A stretch of 60,369 bases of DNA, filler included. It is 5 parts of 5 records of this genome, joined end to end, with 100 filler letters (N's around TTAATTAATTAA, not from the genome) between each part and the next. Parts side by side here need not be neighbours in the genome. Positions count along the whole stretch, not along the records: positions 1 to 17,350 come from DRR723986_19111; 4 more parts are not named here. One strand, given 5' to 3'. Positions 1-10,331 of the stretch are shown one piece after another. How positions within the stretch are numbered: the first letter of the stretch is position 1; every line of letters begins with the position of its first letter. The notes under the pieces are model-generated. The model worked only from the letters and a program-made list of their open reading frames with translations, was not told the origin of the DNA and searched no databases. Both the position numbers and the translations under genes were made by a program.

Positions 1-97
1 AACTACGCCGTCTTTTAGCAAATTTGCTAAGCCAATTAAATAGTCCTTTTGACCTCATGACAGAATAGATTTTCAATCTGTATATCTTCTTAATTTC

Positions 98-105
98 TAT
101 CTTTG
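98..105 (+). promoter_or_regulatory. Bacteroidota sigmaA -7 element (TAnnTTTG)
   Basis: TATCTTTG ends 7 nt before the ATG at 113, implying a very short leader. Confidence 0.6.
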
Positions 106-112
106 CATCCTT

Positions 113-1840
113 ATGAAATACACTGTAAAATACGAACATCCGACTACAAGCTACATCCCAATTTCAGTTGAAATGGAGACAGCTCAGGATAATTATGTTG
201 AATTACAATTTCCAGTTTGGCGTCCGGGAAGATATGAACGCGGTGACTTCGCTAAGAACATTCACGGCATGTCGGTCCTGAACGAAAAAGGGAAGAAAAT
301 CGATTTTTATAAGACATCAAAAGATAGTTGGAAAGTAGATTGCAGTGACGCGAATTCAATTCATGTAAACTATAAATATTTTGCTGCTGAGCTGAATGCT
401 GGCTCATCTTTCATAGATGAATCCCAACTTTACGTAAACCCTGTTAACTGTTTTGTTTACAGCAAATTAAAACAAGACGAAGAATGCGTTTTAGAATTAG
501 AGATTCCAGATGAATTTGAAATTGCTTGTGGGCAAAAGTTCACCAACAATAGCGCCAAGTTTGATGATTATCATCAACTGGTTGACTCACCGTTCATTGC
601 TTCTTCAGGAATGACTCATTTGGAATTTGATTGCAGGAAAACAAAATTTCATTTGTGGTTCCAAGGAGATGTGAAACTTGATGAATCGAAAATTTTAACG
701 GATTTTAAAAAGTACACAGAAGCGCAAATCAACCGTTTTGGAGAATTCCCTGTTCCAGAATACCATTACCTCTATCAAATTCTGCCCATTAAAACTTATC
801 ATGGCGTTGAACATCAAACATCTACGGTAATTGCCTTAGGCCCTACGTATAACCTTATGGGAGCCTTGTATGATGATTTTTTAGGAGTGAGTTCACATGA
901 ACTTTATCATACTTGGAATGTAAAGGCCTTGCGTCCTGCTGAAATGTATCCTTATGACTATTCAAAAGAGAATTACTCGAGACAAGGTTATGTTACAGAA
1001 GGGGTCACGACTTATATGGGAGATCTGTTCCTCATAGAGTCTGGTGTAAAAGATTGGACTTGGTACAAAATAGAATTAGAAAAATTGTTGCAACGTCATT
1101 TCGATAATTTTGGAAGATTCAATTACTCTGTTGCACAATCAAGCTTTGATACATGGCTAGATGGCTATGTTGCCGGAGCACCAAATAGAAAGGTATCCAT
1201 CTACAACGAAGGTGCACTGCTATCTCTAATGATGGATGCTAAAATTCGCACCAATTCAAACAATAAAGCATCTTTACATGATGTAATGCGAGAAATGTAC
1301 CTGCGCTTTGCTAAAGAAGGTAAAGGTTATACAGAAAGAGACTTCAGAGGAGTAATTGAAGAAATAGCAGATGAAAATTTGAAAGAATTCTTCTCGAATT
1401 ATTACTACGGAACACATTCTTTTGAACCGGTCTTGGTCGAAGCGCTTAAATCTCTTGGATTAGAAATAAAGATGGCCAAGAATCCAGCATTCTCTACGAA
1501 CATATTGGGGGTTAAATGCTTGGTTGATCAGAATAAGACACTCGTTAAAATGATCTATCCAGGATCTGCAGCAGACCTAGGTGGAGTGATGCTTGAGGAT
1601 GAAGTTATTGCGGTAAATGGCTTCAAAGTAAATAATGATTTAGATAAATGGATTGAGTATTTCCAAGATGACCAAATCGAATTAACGATTAATCGTAAAG
1701 GCAGAATAATACATGTAATCTGTCCTCATACCAACAAGAGCTACTTCCCTATTTACACCATACAAAAAGTAAAATCACCAAGTAATCTTGAAAAACGAAT
1801 ATTCAAAAAATGGTGCGGTACTGACTGGGATGAAATTTGA
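113..1840 (+). CDS. M61 family (glycyl aminopeptidase-like) metallopeptidase with C-terminal PDZ domain
   Basis: PVWRPGRY N-terminal motif, GVEH, HELYH (HExxH) zinc motif, EGVTTY, and PDZ-like GSAADLGGV..DEVIAVNG. Confidence 0.9.
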   Translation: MKYTVKYEHPTTSYIPISVEMETAQDNYVELQFPVWRPGRYERGDFAKNIHGMSVLNEKGKKIDFYKTSKDSWKVDCSDANSIHVNYKYFAAELNAGSSFIDESQLYVNPVNCFVYSKLKQDEECVLELEIPDEFEIACGQKFTNNSAKFDDYHQLVDSPFIASSGMTHLEFDCRKTKFHLWFQGDVKLDESKILTDFKKYTEAQINRFGEFPVPEYHYLYQILPIKTYHGVEHQTSTVIALGPTYNLMGALYDDFLGVSSHELYHTWNVKALRPAEMYPYDYSKENYSRQGYVTEGVTTYMGDLFLIESGVKDWTWYKIELEKLLQRHFDNFGRFNYSVAQSSFDTWLDGYVAGAPNRKVSIYNEGALLSLMMDAKIRTNSNNKASLHDVMREMYLRFAKEGKGYTERDFRGVIEEIADENLKEFFSNYYYGTHSFEPVLVEALKSLGLEIKMAKNPAFSTNILGVKCLVDQNKTLVKMIYPGSAADLGGVMLEDEVIAVNGFKVNNDLDKWIEYFQDDQIELTINRKGRIIHVICPHTNKSYFPIYTIQKVKSPSNLEKRIFKKWCGTDWDEI

Positions 1841-1858
1841 AATCCCTATTTTTGAGTA

Positions 1859-2428
1859 ATGGATTTAGATAAAACAATCACCAAAACGATCCCTCAAAAG
1901 ATCAAGCAGGCCATTCTTGGCAAAGAAAACCCTAATTTTTTAACGCGGGTTTCTGTTGGTGCAGGCTTTTTAGTTTGGATATATCTATTCTCCTGGCACC
2001 TCCTCACCTTTTTATCTCTCATCTTAATGGGAGGAATTAAGCCGGGGTGGAGATACACCGTAGAAGGCTCTTTTCAGAGAGTTGGGAGCAAACTATATGG
2101 CTTTGCAGATACCGTGAACACCTTATTTGTTCATTCAGTAGCACAGTTCGCTCTATTTTTTATCATTTTACTGGGGCTTATTCTCATCTGGAGAAAAAAG
2201 AAAATCGGCTTTTTGTTTTATGTTGCTGGATCAGTAGGTTCAGTGCTGGCTACAGTTTTTATATTGAGCGCCGACTTTTTACTGCACGAAACTTCGAATT
2301 TAGACTTCATTCTAATTGGCGCTTCAACCCTTTACTTTGGAATTGGCGCATTGTGGTTCTATAAATTCAAGGGTAGAAAAGAACGTGAGCTAGAAGAAAC
2401 TCAACAGAGCACAACTGCTCAGGCCTAA
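1859..2428 (+). CDS. hypothetical integral membrane protein (about 4 TM helices)
   Basis: 189-aa ORF with four hydrophobic stretches, directly after the peptidase on the same strand. Confidence 0.75.
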   Translation: MDLDKTITKTIPQKIKQAILGKENPNFLTRVSVGAGFLVWIYLFSWHLLTFLSLILMGGIKPGWRYTVEGSFQRVGSKLYGFADTVNTLFVHSVAQFALFFIILLGLILIWRKKKIGFLFYVAGSVGSVLATVFILSADFLLHETSNLDFILIGASTLYFGIGALWFYKFKGRKERELEETQQSTTAQA

Positions 2429-2802
2429 TCAACTGCAATCATTGAAATTTCAACGTTTACCCCTTTTGGCAATTTAGCCACCTGTACCGTTTCCCTTGCA
2501 GGGAAATCACCTGTGAAATAAGAAGCATACACTTCATTAACCTGTGCAAAATCATCCATATCTGAAAGAAAAATGCTCGTCTTTACTGTATTTTCAAAAG
2601 TCATTCCAGCTTCTTTTAAAACTGCTTTCATATTTTGCATCACTTGATGAGTCTCTGTTTGGATATCATCCATTACTAATTCTCCAGTTTGAGGATGGAT
2701 AGCAACTTGGCCTGACGTAAACAACATATTCCCTACTCTAACTGCTTGGGAATATGGTCCAATTGCTGAAGGCGCATCTGAGGTGTTGATGATTTTTTTC
2801 AT
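2425..2802 (-). CDS. ridA: RidA/YjgF family enamine/imine deaminase
   Basis: AIGPYSQA, SGQV, FPAR and LPKGVNVEI motifs. Confidence 0.93.
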   Translation of the reverse strand: MKKIINTSDAPSAIGPYSQAVRVGNMLFTSGQVAIHPQTGELVMDDIQTETHQVMQNMKAVLKEAGMTFENTVKTSIFLSDMDDFAQVNEVYASYFTGDFPARETVQVAKLPKGVNVEISMIAVD

Positions 2803-2846
2803 GATTTGACGGAATTAAATAACTTTGGCGCCAATTTAAGAAAGAT

Positions 2847-3416
2847 TTGAAAATACTACTTGTCGATAATTACGATTCCTTCACGTTCAATCTCGTCCAT
2901 TATTTAGAAGGATTTGATTGTGAGGTGACTGTGGAGAGAAATGATGATGTTAATTTCGAGCAAATTAGCCTATACGATAAAATAGTCCTTTCTCCAGGCC
3001 CCGGCCTTCCATCTGAGGCTCTAGGAATGATCAAAGTAATCAATCAGGCCCCTGCATCTATTCCGATTCTTGGCGTATGCTTAGGATTTCAGGCCTTAGT
3101 GGAACATTTTGGCGGTGAAATATTTAATCAAAATGAAATCATTCACGGCCAATCAATTGATTGTCAACTCGACTCGTCAAGTAAGTTATTTAAGGAATTA
3201 CCCAATAAAATTAAAGTAGGACTTTATCATTCTTGGGCGGCGAATAAATCAAATTTTCCATCCGATCTCAAAATTACAGCTACCTCTTCTAATGGTGTCA
3301 TTATGGCCTTTGAGCACATCAACCTACCAATCGTTGGTGTACAGTTTCATCCAGAATCTATTTTAACTGAAAAAGGCAAAGAAATAATTCAAAATTTCTT
3401 GACCAACGTCAATTAA
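2847..3416 (+). CDS. aminodeoxychorismate/anthranilate synthase component II (class I glutamine amidotransferase, PabA/TrpG)
   Basis: DNYDSFT, SPGPG, GVCLG, QFHPES; TTG start preceded by TAACTTTG (2820-2827). Confidence 0.92.
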   Translation: MKILLVDNYDSFTFNLVHYLEGFDCEVTVERNDDVNFEQISLYDKIVLSPGPGLPSEALGMIKVINQAPASIPILGVCLGFQALVEHFGGEIFNQNEIIHGQSIDCQLDSSSKLFKELPNKIKVGLYHSWAANKSNFPSDLKITATSSNGVIMAFEHINLPIVGVQFHPESILTEKGKEIIQNFLTNVN

Positions 3417-3435
3417 AGAAGTAACTTTAAAGTAC

Positions 3436-3670
3436 AAATCCGATCGCAAAGCGACTCCGTGATTTCATTCCGAAAGGGAGCCCATACAGTAGTTTTTGGT
3501 TCTTAGTACTTTATATATTAGGACGATCTTAGTTGCTCATTGATGACAGGCCTTAACCCCGTCTTGAACGGTACATTTTATATGATAACAAAGGATTTCA
3601 GACCGAGCCGGTAGTTCTAACCATGTTTTTAGAAGAATTCCATAAAATGGAAGCTGTGTGGGTCTTTTTT
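3436..3670 (+). ncRNA. ssrS: 6S RNA-like structured RNA (6S-Flavo type) with extra flanking hairpins
   Basis: ORF-free 258-nt gap. Closing stem GCCCATACAG 3480-3489 / CTGTGTGGGT 3654-3663 followed by a T run. Inner stem TTTGGTTCT / AGACCGAG, a central bubble, and apical GACAGG-CCTTAAC-CCCGTC. TAACTTTA promoter-like element at 3422-3429. Confidence 0.72.
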
Positions 3671-3674
3671 CTTT

Positions 3675-4676
3675 TTAATTCACCTTTTTATAGCTGCAAT
3701 CGTCCATAGAGCTGCATTTGGTATAGATCAAATCGTCCAAAACAAGTAAAGACGCTAATGCTAATTGGCTATAATTTTGAGATGAGTTACCAAATTGTCC
3801 GTATTCTGAATGCCAAATTTTATCGATAAAATCTTTTCCTCCTTTTGTCGGTTTTACAACATTCACCATCAATTTATCGACATTTCCTGCCCCAGCATGA
3901 TAAATGTGTAAGACCATTAATCTAAACCATAAAGCATATTGTGTTTTCTCGTTAATTTGAATTCCAAACTTTCGTAAAATCCTTTTTGCTTCGGGAATGC
4001 AAGCAGTTCTAATTAAATGTGAAGACGCTTGAGCTGATTTGTCAAAGTCTTTTCTTTCGTCTACGTATTTATCAACTCGTAAGCCGTGATTTCTTGCAAC
4101 TGACTTCATGATTTGAAAAGGCCCCAAAGCACCCGCGTTTGAATAAGCCAATTTACCCGGACTCTCAATCATTAAAATTGCTTGCGCATACCAGGGGTCT
4201 GTATCATTATCAATAAATAAATTAACGCCTCTTGAGATACTTGGAAACACTTTGTCAAACTGATAGAAGTCGCTTTTCCCAGTGGTCATAAATATCCGTG
4301 TATCTTCTGCTAAACCATGCTTCTGTCTTAACATTACACGATAGGCCTCTTTCTCATCATCCGTTTGCTTATTCCATTCTGCCAAAGATTTAATCTCTAA
4401 AATCTCTCTTGTATCTCTAACATTTAAAATCGAAGAATCAGGAGGCATCATCATTACAAACTTCCAAAAGTTAGGTTGCGCAAGTGTATCCCACCTGTCC
4501 CTGAACAATTCAGGAGTCTTTACGAAAGTCAAAATTTGACGCGTTTCTTCAATTTCTACCTCTACCAGTAAATCATCAAACTTCCCCTGCCCATAGGACA
4601 ACAAGTGATTCCCCATCAACATTATTCCTAAACCTATCACTTTAAGTGTTCTCATAAAATCTTTATTTATCTTCAA
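3675..4676 (-). CDS. lytic transglycosylase (SLT domain) protein
   Basis: IES catalytic Glu, AGALGPFQIM, VDER and YHAG motifs; N-terminal signal-like segment. Confidence 0.8.
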   Translation of the reverse strand: MKINKDFMRTLKVIGLGIMLMGNHLLSYGQGKFDDLLVEVEIEETRQILTFVKTPELFRDRWDTLAQPNFWKFVMMMPPDSSILNVRDTREILEIKSLAEWNKQTDDEKEAYRVMLRQKHGLAEDTRIFMTTGKSDFYQFDKVFPSISRGVNLFIDNDTDPWYAQAILMIESPGKLAYSNAGALGPFQIMKSVARNHGLRVDKYVDERKDFDKSAQASSHLIRTACIPEAKRILRKFGIQINEKTQYALWFRLMVLHIYHAGAGNVDKLMVNVVKPTKGGKDFIDKIWHSEYGQFGNSSQNYSQLALASLLVLDDLIYTKCSSMDDCSYKKVN

Positions 4677-4774
4677 AAATATCCTACAATTGCCATGCCC
4701 AGATTATTCTGCTCTTAATTTATCCTAAATGAAATGTTAAAAGCATCTCAAAAAAAAGAAATACTTTTGATATA

Positions 4775-6025
4775 ATGATGTTGAAAAAGCACCTTCTTTT
4801 TATTTGTTTGGGAATCAGTTTTTTTTCGTTCTCAAAGGTCGATTTTGTGCGCGTGATGTTTAATTCAAACGGAGACACTGCAGCAACAATCGGATGGCAT
4901 CAAGTTTCAGGAGACACTGCGGTAGTTTTCTGGGGAACCGAGGATATTTCATCTTCAAAACCTGAGCTATACTCAAATAAATCAGCGGTTGACGCGGCAA
5001 ATCAATTTAAAAATTTTGAAAACAGATTTGTCAGATTATCGAACCTACAACCAAATACGGTCTATTATTTTGTAATTAAGGATAATGAAGGATCATCTGA
5101 ACGCTTTTGGTTTAAAACGACTCCAAATTTGAGTAAAGACAGACTGTCGCTCATAGCTGGTGGTGATTCAAGAACCAGAAGAGATGCCCGTCAAGCTGCA
5201 TTTAAAATGGTAGGCAAACTTGTACCGCATGCCGTGTTATTTGATGGAGACTATACAGATATTGATAATGAGCAAAAATGGCGTTGGTGGTTCGAAGATT
5301 ACAAAATGACCTACACCGATTTCGACAATCGCATAATCCCCTTCATCACTACGAGAGGAAATCATGAAAAGTCCAATGCCTGTTTGACCAATTTCTTTGA
5401 TTGTCCGGCGAAAAACAATGTTTACAATGTAACACTTGGTGGAGACTTGGTTAATGTCATTTGCTTAAATACGGAGATTGGTTTTGGAGGCAAACAGCAA
5501 AAATTTTTAGAACAAACCTTAAGAGACCATCAATCTTTTTTCTGGCAAATCCCTTTATATCACAGAGCCTGTAGACCACATGTCAATTGGAAGATGAAAA
5601 TGAAAGGAGTAAAAGAGATTTATAAGAAATGGATTGCTCTATTCGAAAAATATGGTGTTCGGTTAGCCATTGAATGTGATTCACACATCACCAAAACCAC
5701 CTGGCCAATTAGAAAATCAAAAGAAGAAGGCCATGAGGATGGATTTGTTAGAGATGATGAAAATGGTATTGTTTATAGCGGGGAAGGGTGTTGGGGAGCT
5801 CCACTAAGAGTGCCCGACAGAATTAGATCATGGACAAGAGACTACGGTTCAATCAATTCATTTAAATGGATTTTTGTTAGTCAAAATGACATTGAATTGC
5901 GCACTGTAGCTTATATGAATGTCGATAATGTTCAAGCGCTTTCAGAAGATACGCGATTCGATCAACCAGAAGGAATTGAACTATGGAATCCTGCTAATGG
6001 ATCAATGGTTCACATCCAGAAGTAA
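4775..6025 (+). CDS. purple-acid-phosphatase-like metallophosphoesterase with FN3-like N-domain
   Basis: Signal peptide, LSNLQPNTVYYF (FN3), GGDSR, GDY, RGNHE, YH and CDSH motifs. Confidence 0.82.
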   Translation: MMLKKHLLFICLGISFFSFSKVDFVRVMFNSNGDTAATIGWHQVSGDTAVVFWGTEDISSSKPELYSNKSAVDAANQFKNFENRFVRLSNLQPNTVYYFVIKDNEGSSERFWFKTTPNLSKDRLSLIAGGDSRTRRDARQAAFKMVGKLVPHAVLFDGDYTDIDNEQKWRWWFEDYKMTYTDFDNRIIPFITTRGNHEKSNACLTNFFDCPAKNNVYNVTLGGDLVNVICLNTEIGFGGKQQKFLEQTLRDHQSFFWQIPLYHRACRPHVNWKMKMKGVKEIYKKWIALFEKYGVRLAIECDSHITKTTWPIRKSKEEGHEDGFVRDDENGIVYSGEGCWGAPLRVPDRIRSWTRDYGSINSFKWIFVSQNDIELRTVAYMNVDNVQALSEDTRFDQPEGIELWNPANGSMVHIQK

Positions 6026-6772
6026 TTATCTCTTTAGAAACTGGCCAATTTTTGAAAGCGGCTTTCTAATAAACAGAAAAGGAGGCATTTTCAAACCGTT
6101 CATTTTCCACGCTTTTCTATCTTCTTTATTTGCCTTGACACGGTTTTTCAGTGAAACATTACTTTCCCCTCCTACTCTCATCTTGACAATCACTTCATTG
6201 AGATAAGCCAGTTTAATTTGATGTTTGTGAATCACTCTAAGCATGAATTCGTAATCTGCAGCCGAACGCAGCTCTAGCGAGTAGGATCCGAATTTTTCGT
6301 AAATTGATTTTCTAACGAAAAATGTCGGGTGCGGTGGCATCCAGCCTTTTTTAAAAGCATCTTCTTGATAAGCTTTAGACACCCAAGTACGTGTAATTTT
6401 TGATGTGTCATCTTGCTTTACATAAACCAAATCTCCATAAACGGCTTCAATTTTATCTTGAAAATTTTGAATAACCTTTGACAGTACAAATTCATTTGAA
6501 TAAAAATCATCAGAATTTAAGACACCAACAATGTCTCCGGTAGCAAGGTCAACTCCTTTATTCATAGCGTCATAAATCCCCTTATCCGGTTCTGAAACAA
6601 AATGATGAATCTTATCACCAAAAGACTCAATAATTTCAATGGTTCCGTCAGTACTTCCGCCATCTACGAGAATATACTCTAACTCAACATCTTTTTGATT
6701 AATTACAGAATTAATCGTATCCGATATGGTTTTCGCAGAATTGAATGAAATGGTAACAATAGAAATTTTCAT
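6026..6772 (-). CDS. glycosyltransferase family 2
   Basis: DGGSTDGT, DKGIYDAMNKG, LNSDD, PPHP. Confidence 0.92.
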   Translation of the reverse strand: MKISIVTISFNSAKTISDTINSVINQKDVELEYILVDGGSTDGTIEIIESFGDKIHHFVSEPDKGIYDAMNKGVDLATGDIVGVLNSDDFYSNEFVLSKVIQNFQDKIEAVYGDLVYVKQDDTSKITRTWVSKAYQEDAFKKGWMPPHPTFFVRKSIYEKFGSYSLELRSAADYEFMLRVIHKHQIKLAYLNEVIVKMRVGGESNVSLKNRVKANKEDRKAWKMNGLKMPPFLFIRKPLSKIGQFLKR

Positions 6773-7320
6773 TTCGCTTCAATCTTCCTTTCTATAACTT
6801 TTATCGCTGGGTTACCTCTGTATATTTGATAAGCGTCTAAATTTTTCGAAGTAACAGATCCGGCAGATAATATTGAATGAGAGGCACAAGTAACACCTCC
6901 AGTTACGATCGCTTTTGCACCAACCCACGAACCCTCTTCCATTGTAATTTCTCCAACCATCAAATCAAAAGAGCTTTTTTTATAATTATGGTTACCACAA
7001 AGCAACAAGGCACCTTGTGACACACAGCAATTTGACCCTATTTTCACATGCGTTAAATTATCAATCCACACATCTTCTCCTATCCATGAGTGATCACCAA
7101 TTTCAAGAAACCAAGGATATTTTACATTGATACGTTGCTTTAACACCACTCCCTTGCCAATTTTAGCTCCGAATAATTTTAAAACAAACTTCTTTAATCC
7201 ACTAAAAGGATTCATTGGATTCAACAAAAAAGCCGCATTAAAGCAATACCACACTGCCCTTTTCACCTTACTCCCAGGCTTGTACCAATCGTTGTTAAAT
7301 GAAGCTAATTCAGTTTTCAT
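6769..7320 (-). CDS. WcaF-like polysaccharide O-acetyltransferase (hexapeptide repeat)
   Basis: VKYPWFLEIGDHSWIGE, hexapeptide repeats, GNPA. Confidence 0.88.
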   Translation of the reverse strand: MKTELASFNNDWYKPGSKVKRAVWYCFNAAFLLNPMNPFSGLKKFVLKLFGAKIGKGVVLKQRINVKYPWFLEIGDHSWIGEDVWIDNLTHVKIGSNCCVSQGALLLCGNHNYKKSSFDLMVGEITMEEGSWVGAKAIVTGGVTCASHSILSAGSVTSKNLDAYQIYRGNPAIKVIERKIEAK

Positions 7321-8464
7321 CCAAAAATAAATTTCTATTTGCTTTAATCACCTCTTCATCAGAAATGACGTCTTTAAAGTAATTATAACTAGCAGTGCAC
7401 TGCGCGATATAAGAAGTAAAATCTAAATCTACAGCCTCTTGCATAGCATTAACCAAGTTATCAAAATTCTTTAAATCAACATCCCAACCTAAATTTTGTA
7501 CAAACAAATTCTTCCAAGGTGTGTTTCGAGAAATGATTACAGGACAGGCATTGGCCCAAGCCTCAACTATAGCATGGCCATAGTTTTCATGCTTTGTTGG
7601 CAAGACTAAAAAATCTGCATTCGAGAATACTTCCGTTAGATCTGCTGGTGAAAACAATCCTTTGTATTCAATAGAAACATTATCATAATTCTGAATTTCA
7701 TCCTTAAAAGAATCAAAATACTCTTGATCCTCAATGTTTCCGTAAATATGAAATGACACCTCCTGCTTAGTTACTACCTGTTTCAATGCCAAAATAGCCA
7801 AGTGTAAATTTTTTATAGGAGCAATTCTACTTACGAATAGAAATCTAACTGTGCCCGTCTTTTTTTTATCTAATATCTTGTCTAGCTTCAACTTTTGACC
7901 TAATGGTATATTCTGAGCGATTCGAATCTTCGCTTTCGCAGAAAACTTTGAGCGAATGTCTTCAGCTTCAATCTCAGATGAGGCATGCCAAATTACCTTT
8001 TTATAAAAGCCCATTAATTTAGAAACCAGAATAAAAACCGACTTCTTTTTACTCTTTATTTGAAGAGATGCCTCTCCCAACATACCTCGAGGAGCCAATA
8101 CTACCGGAATTCCCTTTCTTCTGGCCGTCATCAATGGAATTAACGTGAAATTTTTGGAATACAAACTATTCAGATATAGCATATCAGGATTAATTTCCAA
8201 TATATTCCTTCTCACCGTTCCAGGATTAAGTATGGTGCGATCCAAATATTTAACAAAAATACCCTCTTGATCAAACCATTCATTAGTTAACACATTTGAA
8301 TATGGCTCAGACTCACCCAAATCGTAAGCAGAAGTAAGAATGTAGAATTCATAATCCTCTTTCAAGGCATTTACCAAGTTGGCAACTGAACGTATGGGAC
8401 CACCAGCTTTAAAGCCCGGTTCATACCAATCAATACAAATTAATACACGCTTCTTATCCATCAA
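7310..8464 (-). CDS. glycosyltransferase family 4
   Basis: GGPIRS, APRGML, SRIAPIKN, ENYGHAIVEA. Confidence 0.9.
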   Translation of the reverse strand: MMDKKRVLICIDWYEPGFKAGGPIRSVANLVNALKEDYEFYILTSAYDLGESEPYSNVLTNEWFDQEGIFVKYLDRTILNPGTVRRNILEINPDMLYLNSLYSKNFTLIPLMTARRKGIPVVLAPRGMLGEASLQIKSKKKSVFILVSKLMGFYKKVIWHASSEIEAEDIRSKFSAKAKIRIAQNIPLGQKLKLDKILDKKKTGTVRFLFVSRIAPIKNLHLAILALKQVVTKQEVSFHIYGNIEDQEYFDSFKDEIQNYDNVSIEYKGLFSPADLTEVFSNADFLVLPTKHENYGHAIVEAWANACPVIISRNTPWKNLFVQNLGWDVDLKNFDNLVNAMQEAVDLDFTSYIAQCTASYNYFKDVISDEEVIKANRNLFLDEN

Positions 8465-10331
8465 TATCGTTCGTTTTTAACCAATCCCCTAAAACGACCA
8501 ATGGCCAAATTCTAGACCATGTTACACGCTTATCACCTTTTAAAAAATCTTCCCACAATCTCATTACCGCATTGATCTTAATCGAAGGAATTCTTTCTAA
8601 TTCCGCAAGACGTGCTTGGCAGAAATCTTTCATTTCGTTTTTCATCCAATGCTCATAAGGCAAAACAAACCCCATCTTAGGACGATTATAGATAGATTCC
8701 GGTAAAACATCTTTAAAACTGTCTACCAATAATTTTTTAGGGCTAGTTGGCTTCTTTAGCCTATCAGGAATACCTAGTGTAAATTCCACTAATTCGTGAT
8801 CAAGAAATGGAACCCGTAGTTCTAAACCATTAGCCATACTCATTTGATCAGAGTCTCTGAGTAAGACATTTTGCATATACGTATAAAATTCAGCAATACT
8901 GATTCTAGATAAGGCGGGAAGTTTCCAGCCTGTAGTGGTATACCCTACCATTTCATGTGGAATCTCAAAACTTTTATTCCGTGGTAATGAATCAATTCTG
9001 ACCAATTTTTTAATTTGATCATCCATCAATACCTGTCTATAGAATTGATAGATGAACTCCATGTCATAGAATTCCTGCTTTAAAATCTCTCTTATCTTGG
9101 AAGATTCAACAGTTTTTTTTGTTGCATGATAAACATTTGCCAATGGCTTTCTTGCATAAGCAGGAAAACTCTTCAACCATTTTTTGTTTTGAACTTGAGC
9201 AATTTGATTAAAAATACTGTACCCTCCAAACAACTCATCTCCACCTAATCCGGTAATGGCCATTTTTATACCTGCTGCTCTTGTGCTTTTAGAAACGACA
9301 AAAGTATTCGGTCCATCTCCACTTGGATGATCCATAAAACTTAGAGCATCAGGAACCAGCTCTTTAAACCTATCCACGCTCAACTCTATTTCATGATGAT
9401 GCGTACCAAATTTTTCTGCAATCTCTCTAGCATATTTAGCTTCTGAGAATTCATTTTCTTTAAAAACTACTGAGAAAGTATCAACTTTCTTAGAGTGAAT
9501 TTCACTCATCAATCCCACTAAAATAGAACTGTCGATCCCACCTGATAAAAACGCGCCAAACGGCACATCAGCGACTAGTCTACGTTCAACACTTTTTGAG
9601 AGTTCTTCTCTAATTCTATTTTTAGTCGTTTCCAAATCTAAGTTGGAGACGCTAACTTCTTCTCTAGGATCCCAATACGTTTTAAACTTAAGACCATCCA
9701 GCTCATTAATCATAAGCTGTTGACCAGGCATCAGCTGAAAAACCCCCTCCAACAAAGTATTGGGAGCATGAACAGTTTGAAATCTCAAATAATCTATTAA
9801 ACTATCGGTATTGACCTTTTTATCAATTAAACCGCTTGATAGGATTGATTTTACAGATGATGAAAAGATGATCTCCTCATCTGTTAAAACATAATACAAA
9901 GGCTTAATTCCTAAGCGATCACGGGCAATGAATAATTCTCTTTTCTTTAAATTCCAAATCGCAAAAGCAAACATCCCATTAAATGACCTTAGGCAATGCT
10001 CTCCCCATTTTTTATAGGCTGCCATTACAACCTCGGTATCCGAACCAGTAGTGAATTGATAATCGTTTAGTTGTGATTTTATCTCCTGATAATTATAGAT
10101 TTCACCATTAAAAACCATGACGTAATCACCACAATCCGACTTAAATGGTTGATTAGAGCGAGCGTCTAAGTCTATTATGGACAACCGTTTGTGTCCTAAA
10201 TGCACAAAATTATCATGATACACACCCTCTGCATCTGGCCCTCTGTGCTCTAAAGTGAGGTTCATCCGTTGTATAACGGACTCATCTACATTTATCCCAG
10301 AAAATTGGTAGATTCCATTAATCCCACACAT
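8454..10331 (-). CDS. asnB: asparagine synthase (glutamine-hydrolysing)-like amidotransferase within a polysaccharide operon
   Basis: MCGI N-terminal nucleophile, HRGPD, RDRLGIKPLY, LSGGIDSS, GGDELFGGY. Confidence 0.92.
   Translation of the reverse strand: MCGINGIYQFSGINVDESVIQRMNLTLEHRGPDAEGVYHDNFVHLGHKRLSIIDLDARSNQPFKSDCGDYVMVFNGEIYNYQEIKSQLNDYQFTTGSDTEVVMAAYKKWGEHCLRSFNGMFAFAIWNLKKRELFIARDRLGIKPLYYVLTDEEIIFSSSVKSILSSGLIDKKVNTDSLIDYLRFQTVHAPNTLLEGVFQLMPGQQLMINELDGLKFKTYWDPREEVSVSNLDLETTKNRIREELSKSVERRLVADVPFGAFLSGGIDSSILVGLMSEIHSKKVDTFSVVFKENEFSEAKYAREIAEKFGTHHHEIELSVDRFKELVPDALSFMDHPSGDGPNTFVVSKSTRAAGIKMAITGLGGDELFGGYSIFNQIAQVQNKKWLKSFPAYARKPLANVYHATKKTVESSKIREILKQEFYDMEFIYQFYRQVLMDDQIKKLVRIDSLPRNKSFEIPHEMVGYTTTGWKLPALSRISIAEFYTYMQNVLLRDSDQMSMANGLELRVPFLDHELVEFTLGIPDRLKKPTSPKKLLVDSFKDVLPESIYNRPKMGFVLPYEHWMKNEMKDFCQARLAELERIPSIKINAVMRLWEDFLKGDKRVTWSRIWPLVVLGDWLKTNDIDG

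Noticed and set aside
1..58. Possible minus-strand gene start (MRSKGLFNWLSKFAKRRRS) running off the window
   Set aside because: Too short to evaluate
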